NCBI GenBank assembly: GCA_001938485.1
Contig: MQRK01177396.1
Span: 4,600 to 55,734 of the forward strand
Source: Girardia tigrina
Taxonomy: Eukaryota
Length of the DNA stretch: 51,135 bases
Direction of reading: 5' to 3'
This document shows positions 24,413 through 37,200 of the stretch, piece by piece. The number at the start of each line of letters is the position of its first letter. The first letter of the stretch is position 1. The notes under the pieces are model-generated. The model did not search any database and was not told where the DNA came from. It worked only from the letters and a program-made list of their open reading frames with translations. A program made the translations under genes and the position numbers.

Positions 24413-24650
24413 CTCTATGACGACAAGAGTGACGATGATGAGGCGATTATCGATTGAGAATGTCAATGGATTTTTCGAACTGACCAGATGCCAAAAGAAA
24501 ATCGGTAGAAAATAAATTACGAATTTTGTCGACTGCAGAGACACGCGCGTTTCGTCAATCGATCAATATTGAATATGATTGCGATTCGATTTGACGAAAC
24601 CAAAAGAAAATCGATAGAAAATAAAAACACGCCATTTGTTAAATTTATTT

Positions 24651-24697
24651 TTATGACAATTAATTTCGACGGTATAACCGTCATCGTCAGGTCTCAA
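24651..24697 (-). ncRNA. Hammerhead ribozyme, left arm
   Basis: TTGAGAC-CTGACGA-T-GACGGT TAT ACCGTC-GAAA-TTAATT-GTCATAA. Perfect 6-bp stem II and palindromic stem III ATTAAT. Confidence 0.8.
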
Positions 24698-25190
24698 GAA
24701 AGAAATGAATTTTAAATCTGCTTATATAGGCAAGCAGTGATTATGTCATCCATGGATTATTATGTCATCTAAACACGCTTAATAGGGTTTTCGAGAGACC
24801 CGTTTGCACATTAATCTTAGGATCTAAAGATCTGATATAAAGTGCTTCACAGGCCACCCTCTCCCAATAGTTTTTAAAACGAGAACACAGAATTTTAAAA
24901 TCATTTATGTTTATGTTATATAATAATATATTATGTTATATAATAATATTATGTTATATAATGTTTATGTTATATAAACATAAATGATTTTAAAATTCTG
25001 TGTTCTCGTTTTAAAAACTATTGGGAGAGGGTGGCCTGTGAAGCACTTTATATCAGATCTTTAGATCCTAAGATTAATGTGCAAACGGGTCTCTCGAAAA
25101 CCCTATTAAGCGTGTTTAGATGACACAATAATCCATGGATGACATAATAACTGCTTGCCTATATAAGCAGATTTAAAATTCATTTCTTTC

Positions 25191-25237
25191 TTGAGACCTG
25201 ACGATGACGGTTATACCGCCGAAATTAATTGTCATAA
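25191..25237 (+). ncRNA. Hammerhead ribozyme, right arm
   Basis: Same as the left arm with one stem II mismatch (ACCGCC). Confidence 0.75.
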
Positions 25238-26516
25238 AAAATAAATTTAACAAATGGCGTGTTTTTGTTTTTAAACATAATTTGCCATTATTTTTTAATT
25301 TTTTGATAGAAAATAAATTACGAATTTCTTTGATTATAATGTTTTCTGTTTTATTTAACGAATTATCGATAGAAAACTTTTTGAAAATGAAATATGAAAT
25401 CGAATTATTTTCAAATTCAAATACATGAACTTTGAATAATGTTTATTTTACAAAAAATCCCGCAAAAGCTTTTTACAAATTTATTGACATTAATCCTGTT
25501 AAACAAAAAAATATTGAAATTCCAATTCACAATTAAATAAACAGTTTTTGATAAAAAAGAATTCGTATTATTTTATAAAATTTATTTTTTTATACAAGTA
25601 TTTCACTAAATAATATCATTTCTTCAATCAACAAAAATCATTTTAATAAACGAACAGCAAAAACAAAAAAATAAAATACAATTTTGAAATGTCAGGCAGA
25701 TATTTAATAATTATGTGTAATTATAAATAAGAAATATCGGATTTTTTATATATATATTTAATATTTATAAATACTGATTAAAATTTTGTGTCAAAACTGT
25801 GTGTGATAATGGAAAACAATTTGTCTCCAAGGAATTTTAATCTTACCTTTCAAGTTGCAATATTGACCTCATATTAACTCCAACATACCATTCACCAAGC
25901 AATTGAAAAGCTGAACGAGCAATAAGGAGTGCAAAACTATTTTTATCCAAGAATCTGACTGAAATGGGTTCTGTGGAATTCTGTTTACATCAGTATTGCA
26001 TCGTCAACAATTTCTTCCCTAGCTCAAACGGCACAATTCCCTCAACGGAATATTTGAAACACTCTCCTAAAGTCTTAATGAGGAAAGCACTACTGTCATA
26101 TAAGCAGGGCATAACGGAAGTGGCTATTCCACAAACACAAATGGGAACGACTATAGTTCCAATATCAGGTGGTCGACTAGCTCACAATGAGGGCGTGTTC
26201 CATGAAGAAGCCCGAAGTAGACGCGTTCGTCAACCAAACTCTCGTTACTTCAATAAAAACTTTGTAAATTAATTGTGGGGGGATGTTGTGTCACATGATT
26301 AAGGACTGTTTGTTTAAACGCTTAAATAAATAATTCTTTAACCTTGAACTTGATATGATAGTAAATCTTTCACAAACCTTTACAACACAAAACAGCATCA
26401 AAATATTTGATAAATTTTGAAATAAAAGATATCGCGCTTTACTCACATTTGTGCTTTCCGAAATCAAAGGATTAATTCTTTCATGCAGCAAATAAATTCC
26501 AACAAAACGTTTTTTC

Positions 26517-26690
26517 ATCAAATTTTCACATTATCATTTATTGTCATCGAGAATGAGTAAGTGTGCAAAGATGGGAGAAAATTGATTGAGTAAAAAGCAC
26601 TCACAAATATGTTTTTAATTCCATATATATACATACATATATACATACATAGAAAGTAAACTAATAAAAAGAATGGAAAAATAATCATTA
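26517..26690 (+). repeat. Dispersed repeat, copy 2 of 3
   Basis: Aligns with 4386-4545. Confidence 0.85.
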
Positions 26691-28630
26691 AATACTATAT
26701 ACTAGTAATCTCTGCATATTCATATCTAATAAAACACTGTTTATAAAGAGTTCTCTATAATTCCACATCATTAGATTAAAAAAGACAAGCAATATAAAAC
26801 AATTTAGAACAAGTTCTTCCATTCTATACGTACCAAAATCCTTAAATATGACAGATTTGTTTAAAGCTTTCATAGTCTCGGTGGCTAAAAAACAAACAGA
26901 AGAATCATTATGTAATCTAAGGATTACACATTGTTTTTCGTGCTTGTTAATTTGATAAACGTATCTTGCATGATATCACAAATGTGTTTTGTTGAAACAG
27001 AACAAACATGTAAATAAAGTTTTTTTCTCTGATGAATAAGCTTTTTACATTTACTTCTTCTGATAATCATTTACAAAAACGTTCCCATACGTTATTTAAA
27101 TCGCTTCTATAATATACAGTACACTGAACACAGGGTTTGTTCATAGTGGACTACTAATCTATCAGTCCTTTCTTGTACAATAATATTTTCTAATTTTCCA
27201 TCGTTTCAATAATCCAATTCACATAATACTTAACTAAATTCGTTTTGGTTAAGATTTTATTTCTTTTTGTAATGTCTGAAACATAGAGTTAATGCTCTGG
27301 ATATATATGATAAATTTCTTCTTACATAATCTCCAGAGAGTTTAGATTGGGACATTTTGTTATTTTCTGATTTTTGCGATATTCAAAAAATTTGTTTGCT
27401 CTTTAAAATCTCTTAATGTCTTGTTTTATTGCATCGGAAATTTTCATACTTTCAAATCCCCTGAAAACCGTTATTTGTTTGATAAAGTCCATATTTTAGT
27501 TTGTATATTTCATCGAGCACTATTTGCTATTGTTCTAATTTCATGGAAACTAGACTTTTGTTAATGTTATAACACGTTTTGATTGCTGGGAATAACATTT
27601 ATTTCTGGTAATCACAGTACATAATACTCTTTCCATATTTTTTATACATTACATAGCTACCCAATTTGTTGACTGAAAAATAATTTAACCCAACTTTATT
27701 CAAGTTACGACGACATTCTGAGTTAACTGTTTGTTATAACATTGAATTAAATAATTTTTAATTAGATACATTCATAAAAACTGTATAAAAAACAATGACT
27801 AAAAATATTTGCCTAAATCATCAGAAAATAAAAAATAAAATAATCATTAAACATTTCTTTCCTACTTTTCATCAACATTCAATTTTTTAACACAGTTTTA
27901 ATTCAAATTAAAGACGCTCGTGTATTATCAGATATTATCCAATTTATCCGATCGGAAACAAAGTAAATTTGCCAACGTAAAAATCAAAATAAGTAAACAA
28001 ATAAACAGAATTTATGATTAATCTACAATCAAATAAAGGAGATTTCTCTCCTATAAATACGTGGCTGTGACTGTGTGTCTGCACTCATCTGTCTGTGAAT
28101 GCATGTATCATTCCAGACAAAGACATTCGAAAATGCAAAAATTATATAATTAACAATCTAAAATATTGTTTTAATTTTAATTACATTCTAAATTTATAAT
28201 AGTTATTATTTTATTAATTAGTATTAAATTTAATTAATTGTTAATGGATATTATTATGAAACATTAAACTTTAATAAACAAAACTTAAATCGATTATTAT
28301 TTATGTCTAAATAAGTGTTTGCATTTTGTATGTGTGCATGTATATACATATATCATACACACACACAAATTAGATGACTAATGATCAAGTTACAGTATTA
28401 TTGAATGAAAACGAACAATAACTGAAATCAATCAACCAATCGGATTACAGTGAAATATGTTTATCATTTGTTATAATGTCTCAGTAAAATTAATAATACA
28501 TCGATGAAATTACATATTACAATAAATTTAAAAGAAATTTAAATAATCGATTGATTTAAACAAAATTTGATTTTATTTGGATATTTCTATTGATTGTTTT
28601 TTTAATAAAATTGAATTTTAACTCACTTCA

Positions 28631-29687
28631 ATGGCAACGATTAAAGACCGTTTGAAAATGTTCGAAGCGAACGGTCCGCCGATTAAACCCAAACCAAACA
28701 TTAAACTAGATCAATTATCCAAGCCATTATCGACAGATCGTGAAATCAAATCGAAAAATATCGATAATATTGACTCAAATTCCAACGATAGATCTAAAGA
28801 TTTTGAATTATCGAAACCCGAAACCGAGAACAAAGATCTCACGAAAACCGCTTACGACACGACAAAAACAACAACAACCGATAAAATCAATCAGAAATCG
28901 AATTCATTCACAAAAGAAAATCAATCAAAACACATTTTGAATTTCAAACCGAAAAACGAACCGATTGAAAATTTGAATTCAAATTCTGAACCGAACTCAT
29001 CGGACCGAGATTCACTCGAGGAATTCACTTACGAATTCGACGGATCGATTTATAATCTGCCGGGATTGGAGAATTACATTCTGAAAGACGAGCACTACTA
29101 TCAGGAGATGATCGAGCCGGAAAATAGCGACCCAGTCGTCATTGACGTCGAAGACAATCAGTCGAGTCGACCGATCGAATCGTCAGACAATACAAAAGAT
29201 GAATCGAACAACGAAATCAAGCGAACGGCGTCGAAAAAACGAATCGAAGAGATTTTCAATACGTCTGTGTGGAGAAATTCGAAAAATTTCGACGACGATT
29301 ATATATTCAATCCGGTGGCGGCCACTTCACAGACCGGGATCGAGTCGAGCGGATCGGAAAAATACGTCGATGGACAATCGACAATGTCGTCCAGTCCGTC
29401 GACTGACGAGCGGAGAAAATCGACAACGTCTCTCAATCAGAAATCGAATAAACGGAATTTGTTCAGTGGGATATTTCGTTCGAAACGAGGACCGAAGGTA
29501 AATATTGATTTGTTTGGAGTTGATTGATGTTTGTCAAAAGAAATCAAATGAGAAATGTAATAATACAAGCGAGCAAGGATACGGTAATAATCGATTGATT
29601 GTTGTTGTGATTGTTGAGATTTGATCAGATGTCTACGATTCGGACGGGATCCACGGCAGTCCCGATAAGACCAGTCTCAATAAAATG
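28631..29687 (+). CDS. 5' exons of an unidentified disordered, adaptor-like protein (exons 28631-29497, 29541-29583, 29629-29687)
   Basis: 289-codon first exon MATIKDRLKMFE..PPIKPKP with host-like codon use. GT-AG introns of 43 and 45 nt keep the frame (..GPK|KSNEKCNNTSEQGY|DVYDSDG..NKM). Acidic Tyr motifs YQEM, DDDYIF, DVYD. Confidence 0.75.
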
Positions 29688-30099
29688 GTTTGTGTCTACT
29701 TGATTATGTCTTTTTTTAACTAATGATAGCGTTATTTTGATTTATATCGTGATCTAATGGGTAAACAATGTGATTTTGTTACAAAAAAGGAATCAGCTCG
29801 TCGAAATAAGTATTTTGATATATGGAAACAAACTGAAATGACAACTTGGAATTTCGAGATAAAAATGAGTCATTAGAAAATTTTTTTACTGATTAATAAT
29901 ATCTCATTTGTTTTTTTTATAAAGTAAGTAGTTCAAAAGTTAAAGGGGCTTTAAGTTGTGAAAATTAATTAAGATTGATAAACATATTTATTAATCTACA
30001 TAGATTAAACTTATATTCGTTCTAAAAGCTTACATATCACAAGACGAAATGGCAATTACCTGCTTGAGGAAACATTATCAAGACGGGCGAAACAGCTAT

Positions 30100-30430
30100 T
30101 GTCGACTGTATTTATTATTATTGGCATACAGAGTAGCATTCGTGCGTCTCTTCATAAATACAAACAATACAGTCGGAATTCTCACATTTCATGCGTCCGT
30201 GAATGTGTTAAGGAATAATTATAAACAAATTTAATTATGCAGTAACTCAATTGCTTCAAAAACTCTTTCGAATGACTTCTCACTTGTCCCGATATTCCGA
30301 GTTATTTAATTTGATGTAGGTTGAGCAATCTCAAAATATTTCTGTACACTGATACCCATTATATATCAACGATCTGATTTCATTTCTGTAAAACATGTAT
30401 GACATCCATTGCAACCGTCTGTATAATTTT
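30100..30430 (-). mobile_element. Possible MULE transposase remnant
   Basis: IPTVLFVFMKRRT resembles the MULE PxxfxLmxxKt motif. Heavily decayed. Confidence 0.3.
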
Positions 30431-30843
30431 GAGGATTCAATTTTAAATATTATTTTAATATTTGTCGGACTTTATAAGGTTTATCGGATTATGAAAAATT
30501 CTTATTTAAATTGTTTTTTGGTAAATGTTAACTGTCTTAATTTGGTAAAATTTTAATAATGAATAACACTATACCAATCAGAACAAACAAAAACAACCAT
30601 TAGAATAAGAAATAGTTCAACATCTTCTGATGAAGTGTCACAGTATTACTGTACCATGTATCTAATCACTTTTTTCAGTCAGGTCTCATTCCTAGCACTA
30701 TTCTTGATCATATGAGTTTTGTAAACAGAAAATACGTTTTGAATTGGAATAAAAGCAGTCTGGATGAAGATACAAAATCTCCATTTATATTTGTAAAATT
30801 ATCATTACTTAAAAGAAATCCTTTTTAAAACAGAACGCTTATA

Positions 30844-32135
30844 CAGGGTGCGGCAGCTATTTGAGAACAAAATGACATAAAGTTCAAAAAATGAATATAC
30901 AACAGAAAAATAACATTTATTACAATTTAAAATTTTACATATATTAACACGTACANNNNNNNNNNNNNNNNNNNNNNNNNNNNNNNNNNNNNNNNNNNNN
31001 NNNNNNNNNNNNNNNNNNNNNNNNNNNNNNNNNNNNNNNNNNNNNNNNNNNNNNNNNNNNNNNNNNNNNNNNNNNNNNNNNNNNNNNNNNNNNNNNNNNN
31101 NNNNNNNNNNNNNNNNNNNNNNNNNNNNNNNNNNNNNNNNNNNNNNNNNNNNNNNNNNNNNNNNNNNNNNNNNNNNNNNNNNNNNNNNNNNNNNNNNNNN
31201 NNNNNNNNNNNNNNNNNNNNNNNNNNNNNNNNNNNNNNNNNNNNNNNNNNNNNNNNNNNNNNNNNNNNNNNNNNNNNNNNNNNNNNNNNNNNNNNNNNNN
31301 NNNNNNNNNNNNNNNNNNNNNNNNNNNNNNNNNNNNNNNNNNNNNNNNNNNNNNNNNNNNNNNNNNNNNNNNNNNNNNNNNNNNNNNNNNNNNNNNNNNN
31401 NNNNNNNNNNNNNNNNNNNNNNNNNNNNNNNNNNNNNNNNNNNNNNNNNNNNNNNNNNNNNNNNNNNNNNNNNNNNNNNNNNNNNNNNNNNNNNNNNNNN
31501 NNNNNNNNNNNNNNNNNNNNNNNNNNNNNNNNNNNNNNNNNNNNNNNNNNNNNNNNNNNNNNNNNNNNNNNNNNNNNNNNNNNNNNNNNNNNNNNNNNNN
31601 NNNNNNNNNNNNNNNNNNNNNNNNNNNNNNNNNNNNNNNNNNNNNNNNNNNNNNNNNNNNNNNNNNNNNNNNNNNNNNNNNNNNNNNNNNNNNNNNNNNN
31701 NNNNNNNNNNNNNNNNNNNNNNNNNNNNNNNNNNNNNNNNNNNNNNNNNNNNNNNNNNNNNNNNNNNNNNNNNNNNNNNNNNNNNNNNNNNNNNNNNNNN
31801 NNNNNNNNNNNNNNNNNNNNNGCTTACAAATTCTGCATTTCTCATACTGTCCGAACGTCTACAAACTTGTTTCCGTTGCGAAGCTTCAGCCCCATCACCC
31901 TTCGCAGCTCCTAATTCTGTACGAACTTTAAAAACAAACGGGCGACTTTCAAAAATGTAGCAATTTCTGAATCGGTGTGTCCTGCAGCTAATGACACAAT
32001 AACTGCATGCCTTTTCATTTCATTCGTAAGAGTAGCTTCTGCCATGTCTACCAGCAAAAATAAAATTATGTAATTATAACACACAAAAAGATATGGTGTC
32101 TATATTACGTGTTCTCAAATAGCTGCTGCACCCTG
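30844..32135 (-). mobile_element. Tc1/mariner-superfamily (maT-like) transposon, about 1.3 kb, interior in assembly gap
   Basis: 26-bp TIRs CAGGGTGCGGCAGCTATTTGAGAACA with TA on both sides. Transposase N-terminus from ATG 32045: MAEATLTNEMKRHAVIVSLAAGHTDSEIATFLKVAR. Confidence 0.88.
30956..31821. other. Assembly gap (N run)
   Basis: Run of n. Confidence 1.
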
Positions 32136-32784
32136 TATGATTGTTCAATTTTCTTTATTTGATTTTTCGACAAGTCGATGTTTTACACCTCATCGGTTCT
32201 GGTCAGGACTATTACTGAAAAATGTACCGGTCTACTCATCTTAGTAGTGAAATATGTTTACTTAAATGAAGTTAATTCTACTTTATCAAAATGGTCATAT
32301 TTTACCACTGAGATAAGATTATCAGGAACTGTTTTTTGTTTTGATTGTTTTTGGAAAATAAAATGAAGAAAGAGAATGGAACGACAAATGACAGCGCTTG
32401 GTACGGTAATTAAGATTAACTAATAAATCATGGATGAAGAACCGCTGTCGTATGCGAGAAACGCCGATGTTCACTGAGTCCCAACCTTATTCTCATAATA
32501 TTAAAAAAAGTACAAACTAGATGAATATTTAACCAAAATCATTGCGTAGCATTTTAGTCATTAATGAATTTTGTATTGTCATCAAGATTGAGTTTGTATG
32601 ATACATTTCAGCTCGTTTCGACGTTATAAGGTAGTCTAAAATTCAATCGCAAGATTTGAAAAATAAGTACTGCACTCAGACAGACAAAGTAAAACATATA
32701 AGTGTTGTAATTAAAGAGTATTTTACCTTGATATCATTAATTTCGAAATCAATAACATTGATCGGGAAAATTATCTTTAATGTA

Positions 32785-34213
32785 TACCCCGCGATTCAAT
32801 TTTTTTGCAATTCACAAAATATCTAGTTTCTCAACAATCTATATATAATGTTATATATCATTCGATAGGGAATTTAAAACTGCATATTAAATATTCAACA
32901 CATCTTTGTTTTAATGTATTACTTTAATTGTCTTTCCAATTTTGCATTTTTGAAAGTTGTAAATCGATTCAAAATTTTTGCCTTAGTAATGAAAGTAAGC
33001 TGTTGTTTTTAATTTTAAAACTATATTAGTAATTTCATTTTTTACAAATCTTTAGATGACTTTATCATCTGAATTACGAAATTTAATTTATGAAAAATTA
33101 AGGGAGAACATGACCAAAGTCGACATTGCTAAGGCATATAATGTAAGTTTAAGGACCGTATATGGCATTCAAAGGCAAGCAGTAGAACCCAAACCTTCTG
33201 TTAAACGTTCGAAGAACGCTAGGAAATCAAAAGAAGTTGTTAGAAGGGCTGTTAATGCATTCAAAATGAAAAATGAGCGCACATCTTGCACTAAAATAGN
33301 NNNNNNNNNNNNNNNNNNNNNNNNNNNNNNNNNNNNNNNNNNNNNNNNNNNNNNNNNNNNNNNNNNNNNNNNNNNNNNNNNNNNNNNNNNNNNNNNNNNN
33401 NNNNNNNNNNNNNNNNNNNNNNNNNNNNNNNNNNNNNNNNNNNNNNNNNNNNNNNNNNNNNNNNNNNNNNNNNNNNNNNNNNNNNNNNNNNNNNNNNNNN
33501 NNNNNNNNNNNNNNNNNNNNNNNNNNNNNNNNNNNNNNNNNNNNNNNNNNNNNNNNNNNNNNNNNNNNNNNNNNNNNNNNNNNNNNNNNNNNNNNNNNNN
33601 NNNNNNNNNNNNNNNNNNNNNNNNNNNNNNNNNNNNNNNNNNNNNNNNNNNNNNNNNNNNNNNNNNNNNNNNNNNNNNNNNNNNNNNNNNNNNNNNNNNN
33701 NNNNNNNNNNNNNNNNNNNNNNNNNNNNNNNNNNNNNNNNNNNNNNNNNNNNNNNNNNNNNNNNNNNNNNNNNNNNNNNNNNNNNNNNNNNNNNNNNNNN
33801 NNNNNNNNNNNNNNNNNNNNNNNNNNNNNNNNNNNNNNNNNNNNNNNNNNNNNNNNNNNNNNNNNNNNNNNNNNNNNNNNNNNNNNNNNNNNNNNNNNNN
33901 NNNNNNNNNNNNNNNNNNNNNNNNNNNNNNNNNNNNNNNNNNNNNNNNNNNNNNNNNNNNNNNNNNNNNNNNNNNNNNNNNNNNNNNNNNNNNNNNNNNN
34001 NNNNNNNNNNNNNNNNNNNNNNNNNNNNNNNNNNNNNNNNNNNNNNNNNNNNNNNNNNNNNNNNNNNNNNNNNGAAAAATATGTAAGTAAAGAAAAGGGT
34101 GAATATAACGTCTAATAGACATTTAAATTAGCTATTGAATGACATATAATATTCCATATATAGCGTGATGCAATTAGATAATTTATCAATTGTAAAAAAA
34201 TTGAATCGGGGTA
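32785..34213 (+). mobile_element. Tc1-like transposon, about 1.4 kb, interior in assembly gap
   Basis: TIRs TACCCC(GC)GATTCAATTTTTTT(G/A)CAATT flanked by TA. HTH-type N-terminus MTLSSELRNLIYEKLRENMTKVDIAKAYNVSLRTVYGI from 33056. Confidence 0.8.
33300..34073. other. Assembly gap (N run)
   Basis: Run of n. Confidence 1.
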
Positions 34214-34215
34214 TA

Positions 34216-37200
34216 TGTAAGTTTGAACAAATTGAGAGGAAACAAAAAAAACAAATCACGCTTTTAACAAAAATTTATTGTTACGACAAAACCCTGAATA
34301 TTCAAACAAAATTTTTCATCAATAATTATATCGCCACCTGAACCCTAGTTCATATAATCGTTTAACCAATCAGGTCTCTTCCGAGTTCTGCTGGATCGTC
34401 GTATGCAAATGTCCTGATTGACTTGATCGTCAGATTCTTCCTCGTAACTACTACTACTGCTGCTATATCCATCTTGTATTTCGTTTTTGCCGTCAACCGC
34501 CATATCCGGCAGTTCGATGTTCTATTCTTGTCTCTGTCGTATGTCCTGAACGTGTCTCGGTACTCCATCAACATCAACACACTTATCACTAACCACCTTT
34601 GTAACGACCCCCGGTGTCCATGTCTCGGTACATCGTGTATGTTGATGAGGTTTAATAAACACCTTATCACCGATTTTCCATTCATTTTTTACCGTTTTTT
34701 TCAGCTAAATCACGCATTTCTGGTAATCTGATGTTATATCTGTATATAGACTCTGCTGGAACTACCTTGTCTTCACCTTTTCCGCGAGGTACTACATTGT
34801 AGTAAAATACTGCTTTCCATATTGGAATATCAGACCTCTTCGCAATTCGTTTAATTGTGTGATAGCATCTCTCCACAATACCATTTGTTGATGGCCTATG
34901 TGCCCATCTATAAATAATATTTACTCCCCATGAGTTACACAACATTTTGAATTCTGATGACCTAAACGCAGTTACATTATCCACCAAGATTTGTCATGGA
35001 GGTCCTCTTTCTGAAAATACAATTTGACATTGTGCAATCACATTCTGAGCCGATTCAGAATTCACGCGTTTCGATACAGAAAATCTACTTAGTCCGCAGT
35101 CTATCATTGACAAGTACGTAATACCATTGTAATGTGTATGGTCTAACGCGAAACGTTTCCAATTACTTTGAATACTTAACGAATCATGAGTTACTTTCTT
35201 CGGTGACGGATCGATAATGTTGCATTTATTACGCTCTTTTATCACCCTTTTAACTTCATCAACGTCTGCTGCTATCCCATATCTCTCGAGTAAATAAATG
35301 GTCTTTTCTACATCCATATGGTGCAAATTATGATGCTCTCTGATGTCAGATATTGCAGATTTACACTCACTTACAGTCATTGCTACATTTGGCTTTTCCA
35401 TATCTGCAATATTCTTCTCTGAATTTATCCACATACATTTACATCGAAGATCAAATTCTCCAATTATATCTTCAATCATTTTTAAACGACGCTTGACCAA
35501 CATTTCATTTATTCCAATTTACTTTCATTTTTTTATTCCGATCAACAACGGAGTTTAACCAACCATATACTACTTGAGAATCTGTCATTATGTCAAACTC
35601 TTTCACGTCTCATTTCAAGATCATATTTAATCCTTTGATCACCGACTCTAGTTCAGCTACATTTATATGACTCGAATCATCTTCTTTTCTAAGCAAACTA
35701 CCGTCTTCTAACGTATTCCCATTACACTCAACAACACATACTGTTGCTATCTTACTTGCATCGCACCACACTTTCCATTTAGTTGACGTTGATGTTGGTG
35801 TATTCCATACGCCCTTCACAGGATCGTCTTTATTTACTCTTTCTAATAAATCATTCATCAAAACTTCTGTTATACGTGATACCGGTTGATTCCATTCGAT
35901 TCCGTTACACATTCGTTTTAAATAGCTTCACGATACCATCAACCATCCACATACAAGATAGTGTCCAGTTAATTTACCACAGATAGAATAAATTAGTTCC
36001 TTGGTCATTACTTGATCCTCCGCTATATTAATATTATTCGTTCTTTTCCACATCAATACGTTTTGCTTCAAATACATCTGAAGCCCAAGAACTGTTGTCG
36101 TGCTAATTTTCTCTGGTTCTTTACATATCAGTCCATAATTTTCTAAATGATTTCTCACTTCCGAAACCGACATTATATTTTCATCTACAATCAAGTCGTC
36201 CACTTAATGAGATACCCCTTTTTTAAATACATTCTGAGTTTCTAAAATAAAGTCTAGTATTCTATTCATGATCTTCGGAGCTGAAGCCAATCCAAAACCC
36301 AATCGAGTTAATTGATGTATACAATCATTAATAAACACTCGCTGATATTCCCACAGATCTTTTTCAACATGTATCCGTAAGTACGCATTTTTAGATCAAT
36401 AATTTTACAATTTCCAGATATTTTTTCTCCACTTGCGGAGCGATTCACTAACTGCTATTGTATCCACCGTGTGAGAATGAATAAACTTATTAACCTCCCT
36501 GAAATCCAAAACAGGTCTTACCTTCCCTTTTGCTTCTTGCTTCACACACATGAGATGAATAATTCCATTCTTGTTTCTCTCAACTGGGACCAGCCATCCG
36601 TTATTAATCCATCTTTCCAGTTCCTTAAAGTACTCCTCTCTGTCTTCTTCACTCACCTTATATGGAGCCACAGTGTTTAGTAGAATTGGTTTTATGTCCT
36701 TCCATTTCCATCTTACCACCCATTGACTACCACCAAACCTTGCTGTGAAGTCAACATCATCGATCAGTGTGCACTCTACCAAATTTTTTTCTACTCGCAT
36801 AATCTATGACATGAAGATTTATCTTCTCATCTTGTATGTTCGAATTCCATGACACATTACCATCTATATCAATTTGAATACCTTATTTCTTTATCAAATC
36901 CATTCCGAAAATCGCATCAACACCAGATACTAGTTTATTAATCACTAACATATCACTATTTACTCTTCTTCTTCCTACGGTTACTTCAACACTAACTTGC
37001 ATTTTATACTCTACTTTTATTCCACCCACTCCAGTGAGCCATCCTCCTTTTTCGTTTATCTCTCCACAGCATACTTTTCTCTCGATCATACTCACCGTGC
37101 TGCCGGTATCTAACAGTGCCTGGACCTCTATACCATTTATCCAAGCACTCACAATTGGTAGCGTCTGAATTATAATAGGAGAGCCAGCGACGCCTACTGC

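Larger units (their letters stand above)
24623..25266. mobile_element. Penelope-like element 3' end/pLTR as an inverted duplication (about 292-bp arms, 59-bp spacer)
   Basis: Arms 24623-24914 and 24974-25266 are near-perfect reverse complements. Each encodes a GIY-YIG C-terminus (DFKILCSRFKNYWERVACEALYIRSLDPKINVQ...*) followed by a hammerhead. Confidence 0.88.
20982..26360 (+). mobile_element. Full-length decayed Mag-clade Ty3/gypsy LTR retrotransposon with a 1.6-kb insert in integrase
   Basis: 77-bp LTRs 20982-21058 and 26284-26360, perfect TSD GTAAA, TGG-type PBS TGGAGATGAGG at 21059, G-rich PPT ending at 26283. Gag with two CCHC-type knuckles, protease LDTGS, RT IRICGDY and YQDD, RNase H, integrase FIDLF...VCDNGKQF...SNG. 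Confidence 0.95.

Noticed and set aside
24176-24544. 122-aa ORF as a complete kinase gene
   Set aside because: Only 24412-24245 is kinase-like. The rest is UTR and antisense integrase.
26690-27720. Possible decayed transposase on the minus strand
   Set aside because: Too many stops, and no motif I can assign with confidence.
30805-34122. Long ORFs of 317-346 aa in the ORF track
   Set aside because: Artefacts of translating N runs. Only the short transposase N-termini are real.
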